DNA of 64,000 nt, taken from assembly GCA_041743505.1 (NCBI GenBank), contig JBGTMQ010000004.1:3602-67601 (forward strand), read 5' to 3'. Position 1 is the stretch's first letter, and every line of letters begins with the position of its first letter. Of this stretch, positions 59,770 to 64,000 are shown in pieces. The stretch is from Candidatus Saccharimonadia bacterium (GTDB lineage: Bacteria; Patescibacteriota; Saccharimonadia; UBA4664). The notes under the pieces are model-generated. The model did not search any database. It was not told the DNA's origin and worked only from the letters and a program-made list of their open reading frames with translations. The translations under genes were made by a program, and so were the position numbers.

Positions 59770-62048
59770 ATCTCACCGCCTCTCCGAGCCTTTTCACGAT
59801 TAAAATCAGCCAGGTTTTCCTCGGTCGCACCATATCGCTCATATACGCCACCCGGCCCACCAAGCCAAATATCGTTTGACCGTAAGTCCCTAAATCCATC
59901 CCGAAGCCCTTTCCAGAATCCCCGGTTACCTTTCCTGTCTTTCAACTGCGATAAGTCATTCTCACGCGACGTCATCACTGGGTCATTAAGTTCCGCCGGC
60001 GGTATGACATCACCACGGCGATGTTCCACTGGCTCCTTAGAGGTCAAAACTTGCTGGCTAATCAAGCGCCCGGTCCGACGGTCACGACGCTCTACCAAGG
60101 TCAAGTTATCCTCCCCCGCTTCAAAATGACTTTCTACTAGGCTGCTCCAGCCCTGCCCAGGCTTATTTGCATAATGGCGTTCACGGTATGGCAATGGCTC
60201 AGCCCTCAGAGCCTGCCGGCGCGCTATCGCCTCATCCTCAAATGCAAGCGCTACCCCAATATCATCGAGAGCTTCGGCTGGCGCCCTGATCGTCTTCTCC
60301 CAACTTTCACCATTCCTCAAGTGCTTAGTTGCCTCATCGACAACCTCAGCTACTCGTTTGGCCAATTCCACCTGACGGGTTTTTTCAGCCTGCACTGCCG
60401 CCTCACCACGACCTTGCAGTTCTTTGACCTGACGGTCACGCTCAGCCCGCAACGTCTTCGCCAGTTCCGGCTTCGAGTCCGCTTCAGCCTGCCGTATCTG
60501 GTCTTCAAATGAAGCATTCAAGTCTGCTATTTCATTATGAAACCGCTGCCAAATCTCAGATTGCGCCCGGGCCTCGGGATCCATTGCCAAAGCCTCATCA
60601 TGGTCCGACTCTCGAAGAGCCTCATACCGGTTCCAGTTAAACTCATGAGTTTCACGGTCAGCAGTCGCCTTGATATTATCAGCATAACTGTCATAAGCCT
60701 TAATTTGATCATCTTTTATCTTCGCGGCTTTTTCCGCCTTATCACGAGCCTCTTTCTCGGCTTCTATCGCCTTTTTATCTGCTTTTCCCACCCGCTTCAT
60801 ATCTTCAATATCCAAATAATCTTCAGCCAACTGATCTGCCGCCTTCGCCCGGGCCACCGGGTCAAACGGATGCTGGTCCCGATTCTTGCCGCCAGCCCGC
60901 TTATCCACGATTATTTCTGCAATATCAATCGATGGGTTATCCGTAAACTTGTTACCCGACCCAAATAATGACTCCGAACGCGGCGACTCACCCGATCCAG
61001 AACGCCCCGTCCCACCCGGTCCGCCCGTACTCGTGGCAGCATCCACAGCCGCCCGGGCCACATCAACAGCTCTATGCGGCCTATTGGCCCGGGCTTGCTC
61101 TGCCGCACTCATATCATCATCGAATTGCCAAGGACGACTTCGGCTCTCCAGAGCATCAAGCCGGGCACTTGTCACCTTCCCTGCCCCAGGATGTGCAGGC
61201 TTACCCCGCCGCCCAGACTTGCCCCGGTCCGCCTTAGCCGTCTGCTCACCCCGGTTCAATCTGTCCAGCTCTCGCTGCTCAGCCGCCGACACGGCCGGCT
61301 GCTCAGCCACCTGGCGCAGTCTATGCCGTCCACCTTCCTCCACCCGATGAGCCGCCAATTTGTCGCCTTCCTGCGGATCTACTACTCCACCAGCCACCAC
61401 CGCTTGAGTCCGCTCCGCCGCAGCTTCAGCCTGCGCCAAGGCCCGCCCCAATGGGGTATCAGATTCAGCATCCCCTTGGGCCGCTACTAAGCCGCGCTCT
61501 TCCAGCCCGGCCCGAATAACTTCCAGTCGTGAATAGTTAGAGCTCGCTAGCCTTTCAGCCAATCGTGTATATTCTGCTTCATCAACTATGGCATGACCGG
61601 CCTTTAGATCATGAGGCAACTCACCCGCCGGCACCCCGTCTATAGCCGGAAGCTTTACACCACGGGTAGCTTTACTGCTAGCATCAACTACTGCTTCATA
61701 AATAGCAGCACCTTCTTTAGATACTCCAGCGTCAATGTCTCTCGCCGGTGTTAAATTTCCCCCGCCGCCACTCCGGCCTTTCTCTGGATCTTTAGGCCCA
61801 AGATACCCTTCCGCTGCCGCCTTTTGCAGCGCCAACATAATGTTATTAACATCTCCCCCAGACGACTCAATCTGATGAATAATTTCTGCAGCAGGCATCG
61901 TCTCTGCCTCACCCGGTGCAGGCTGAGACTGCCCCATGTCTGCACGCAGTTGCTTTAATGCCGGATTATCACCCAAAGACTCCATGAGCCTCGCCTGCTC
62001 AAACCCCTCAGATCCCTCCGCTCCGGTATGTTCACTCTCCCTAGCCAA
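59766..62048 (-). CDS. Large charged, low-complexity/coiled-coil hypothetical protein
   Basis: 760-aa ORF with no signal peptide or TM. Confidence 0.65.
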   Translation of the reverse strand: MARESEHTGAEGSEGFEQARLMESLGDNPALKQLRADMGQSQPAPGEAETMPAAEIIHQIESSGGDVNNIMLALQKAAAEGYLGPKDPEKGRSGGGGNLTPARDIDAGVSKEGAAIYEAVVDASSKATRGVKLPAIDGVPAGELPHDLKAGHAIVDEAEYTRLAERLASSNYSRLEVIRAGLEERGLVAAQGDAESDTPLGRALAQAEAAAERTQAVVAGGVVDPQEGDKLAAHRVEEGGRHRLRQVAEQPAVSAAEQRELDRLNRGEQTAKADRGKSGRRGKPAHPGAGKVTSARLDALESRSRPWQFDDDMSAAEQARANRPHRAVDVARAAVDAATSTGGPGGTGRSGSGESPRSESLFGSGNKFTDNPSIDIAEIIVDKRAGGKNRDQHPFDPVARAKAADQLAEDYLDIEDMKRVGKADKKAIEAEKEARDKAEKAAKIKDDQIKAYDSYADNIKATADRETHEFNWNRYEALRESDHDEALAMDPEARAQSEIWQRFHNEIADLNASFEDQIRQAEADSKPELAKTLRAERDRQVKELQGRGEAAVQAEKTRQVELAKRVAEVVDEATKHLRNGESWEKTIRAPAEALDDIGVALAFEDEAIARRQALRAEPLPYRERHYANKPGQGWSSLVESHFEAGEDNLTLVERRDRRTGRLISQQVLTSKEPVEHRRGDVIPPAELNDPVMTSRENDLSQLKDRKGNRGFWKGLRDGFRDLRSNDIWLGGPGGVYERYGATEENLADFNREKARRGGEI

Positions 62049-62105
62049 CGCAAAAAACCCCAGATACGTTATTACCTGAAATTATAACATAAGAGCTATT
62101 GTAAG

Positions 62106-62435
62106 CTATAAATCTTTGAGTAAGCGGTCAATCTCGGCTGCATAAGCGCCACCCGTGTCAGCCCTAAAGTGCAAATGAGGCACAAACTTCGTCACCATTT
62201 TCTTAGCCAAGGCACTTTGGAACTCGCTATGGTAGCGGTTCAAGTCCTCCATGGTCTGCTCCTGCTCACTCTCTGCCCCAAGCAATCCAAACCAAACCGT
62301 AGCATTACGCAAATCAGGCGCCGCATCCACCCGCGTCACCGTAATCCTGGCCGCTGCCGGCCCGAACTGCTCAGTCACGGCTAGAGCCACCACCTGCTGA
62401 ATCAAACTCTCAACTTTTGCAACGCGCTGGCTCAT
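62106..62435 (-). CDS. rbfA: Ribosome-binding factor A
   Basis: ITVTRVDAAPDLRNA, VPHLHF..D; follows infB. Confidence 0.92.
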   Translation of the reverse strand: MSQRVAKVESLIQQVVALAVTEQFGPAAARITVTRVDAAPDLRNATVWFGLLGAESEQEQTMEDLNRYHSEFQSALAKKMVTKFVPHLHFRADTGGAYAAEIDRLLKDL

Positions 62436-62480
62436 TTAATTACTCCTAGGTTAAGCCGTCAGGTGCGCTCACAGGCATGC

Positions 62481-64000
62481 TTATAACGTTCGGGCGTGTT
62501 CTTCGCGGGTATAGAATTCGATGCGGTCACCCAATTCAACAACCGCATTGGTCGCCACGCTCATGCCGCAGGTCTCACCCTCAAAGGCCTCACGCGCGGC
62601 TTGCTTGTCTTTTTGCAAGCTAGTCAGGGTACCCTCGCCCACCACTTCACCTCCGCGCTTAATGCGGAATGTTTGGCCTGGCTCAATGCGGCCGCGCGCG
62701 ACGGTACCACCACAAACCACACTCGTTTTAGAAGATTTAAAGACGCCCTTGATCTCCAGCTCACCCACAATGGTCTCAACCACCTCGGGTGCCAGCATTT
62801 GGCCTAGAGCATCGCGCAAATCATCAATTAGTTCGTAAATAACTTTGTAAAGTCGTACTGGCACACCTTCGCGGTTAGCCAACGACTTTAGGCTGGAGCT
62901 CATGCCCACATTGAAGCCAATCAACAGTGCCCCAGCCGTTTTAGCAAACGCGATGTCCGACTCAGCAATGTCACCAACTGCCGACGACACAACCTTCACG
63001 GCCACTTCATCGTTGCGCAATTGGTCCAAGCTCTCCATGAGCGATTCAAGCGAACCCTGAACATCGGTTTTAAGCACTATGTTAAACTCGCTAACATTAC
63101 CAGCCGTAATCGCTGCCGACAATGCCGAAGCATCAATCCGCTTAATACCCAGGCTCTTGGCCTGCTCCCGGCGAACCGCCGCCGCTACACCATCACGGGC
63201 TGCTTTCTCGGTAGCCTCCGTGCGGTAAACATCACCAAAGGCCGGTACAGCCTTAAAGCCCATTACCACCGCCGGCATACCCGGATGTGCCACTGGAATA
63301 CGCTTGCCACGATAGTCAGTCAGATTGCGTACCTTGGCGTATGTACTGCCGGCCACCAAATGATCGCCCTGTTTAAGTTCACCGTGTTGCACCAACACGG
63401 TCGCAACCGGCCCCCGCCCCACGTCCAAATGCGACTCAATGATCACGCCAGTACTCGGACCGGTCGGGCGAGCCCGCAGGTCCTCAATATCGGCAACCAG
63501 CAGCACCAGATCAAGCAGCTTGTCGATGTGCTGGCCGCTCCGGGCCGACACATCCACCGTTACCGTCTGGCCACCCCAATCCTCAGGCTGCAGGCCAAGC
63601 TCAGTCAGCTCTTGCCGCACTCGAACCGGGTCAGCCCCCTCTTTGTCAATTTTATTGACAGCCACCACGATCTGCACGCCGGCTTCTTTGGCGTGACGGA
63701 TGGCCTCTTTGGTTTGCGGCTTAACACCGTCATCGGCTGCCACTACTATAATGGCCACATCAGTCATGCGCGCGCCATGCTGACGCAATGCACTAAAGGC
63801 CTCGTGACCTGGTGTATCCAAAAACGTAATCCAGCGGTCATTGCGCTTAATCTGATAAGCACCTATGTGCTGCGTAATACCGCCGGCCTCTTTCGCAGCT
63901 ACAGCGCTCGAGCGGATTGCATCAAGCAGCGAGGTCTTGCCGTGATCTACGTGGCCCATTACTGCCACAATTGGCGGCCGCGCCTCACCTTCTTCACCCT
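62481..64000 (-). CDS. infB: Translation initiation factor IF-2 (5' part beyond the window)
   Basis: RPPIVAVMGHVDHGKTSLLD, GGITQHIGA, DTPGHEAF, NKID. Confidence 0.97.
   Translation of the reverse strand, partial: GEEGEARPPIVAVMGHVDHGKTSLLDAIRSSAVAAKEAGGITQHIGAYQIKRNDRWITFLDTPGHEAFSALRQHGARMTDVAIIVVAADDGVKPQTKEAIRHAKEAGVQIVVAVNKIDKEGADPVRVRQELTELGLQPEDWGGQTVTVDVSARSGQHIDKLLDLVLLVADIEDLRARPTGPSTGVIIESHLDVGRGPVATVLVQHGELKQGDHLVAGSTYAKVRNLTDYRGKRIPVAHPGMPAVVMGFKAVPAFGDVYRTEATEKAARDGVAAAVRREQAKSLGIKRIDASALSAAITAGNVSEFNIVLKTDVQGSLESLMESLDQLRNDEVAVKVVSSAVGDIAESDIAFAKTAGALLIGFNVGMSSSLKSLANREGVPVRLYKVIYELIDDLRDALGQMLAPEVVETIVGELEIKGVFKSSKTSVVCGGTVARGRIEPGQTFRIKRGGEVVGEGTLTSLQKDKQAAREAFEGETCGMSVATNAVVELGDRIEFYTREEHARTL

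Overview
A 64 kb bacterial chromosome segment with a compact gene set typical of CPR/Patescibacteria, most like Saccharibacteria (inferred from gene style, no search run). Core genes lie mostly on the minus strand: rplU, rodA, ileS, nrdR-nrdJ, ftsA/ftsZ, map, adk, dgkA, ybeY, rpsU, hisS, rel, recJ, secDF, rbfA and infB. uppS, priA, def and fmt are on plus. Many short accessory genes sit between them, often with their own promoter and hairpin. Main points: (1) a cluster of three secreted pilin/WxL-like proteins plus a membrane-anchored chaperone-like protein, possibly an usher-less fimbrial system; (2) two recurring operator-like motifs at promoters of that cluster and of a lone wHTH gene 43-50 kb away; (3) two small islets bounded by exact duplications of a core gene's 3' end, with no integrase in view; (4) an actinobacterial-style short-Stem-I ileS T-box and an actinobacterial-like NrdJ; (5) an unannotated promoter-sORF/sRNA-terminator unit, an NYN gene with a 3' RNA structure, several pseudogenes and frequent apparently leaderless genes. 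No rRNA, tRNA, CRISPR array or transposase was recognised.
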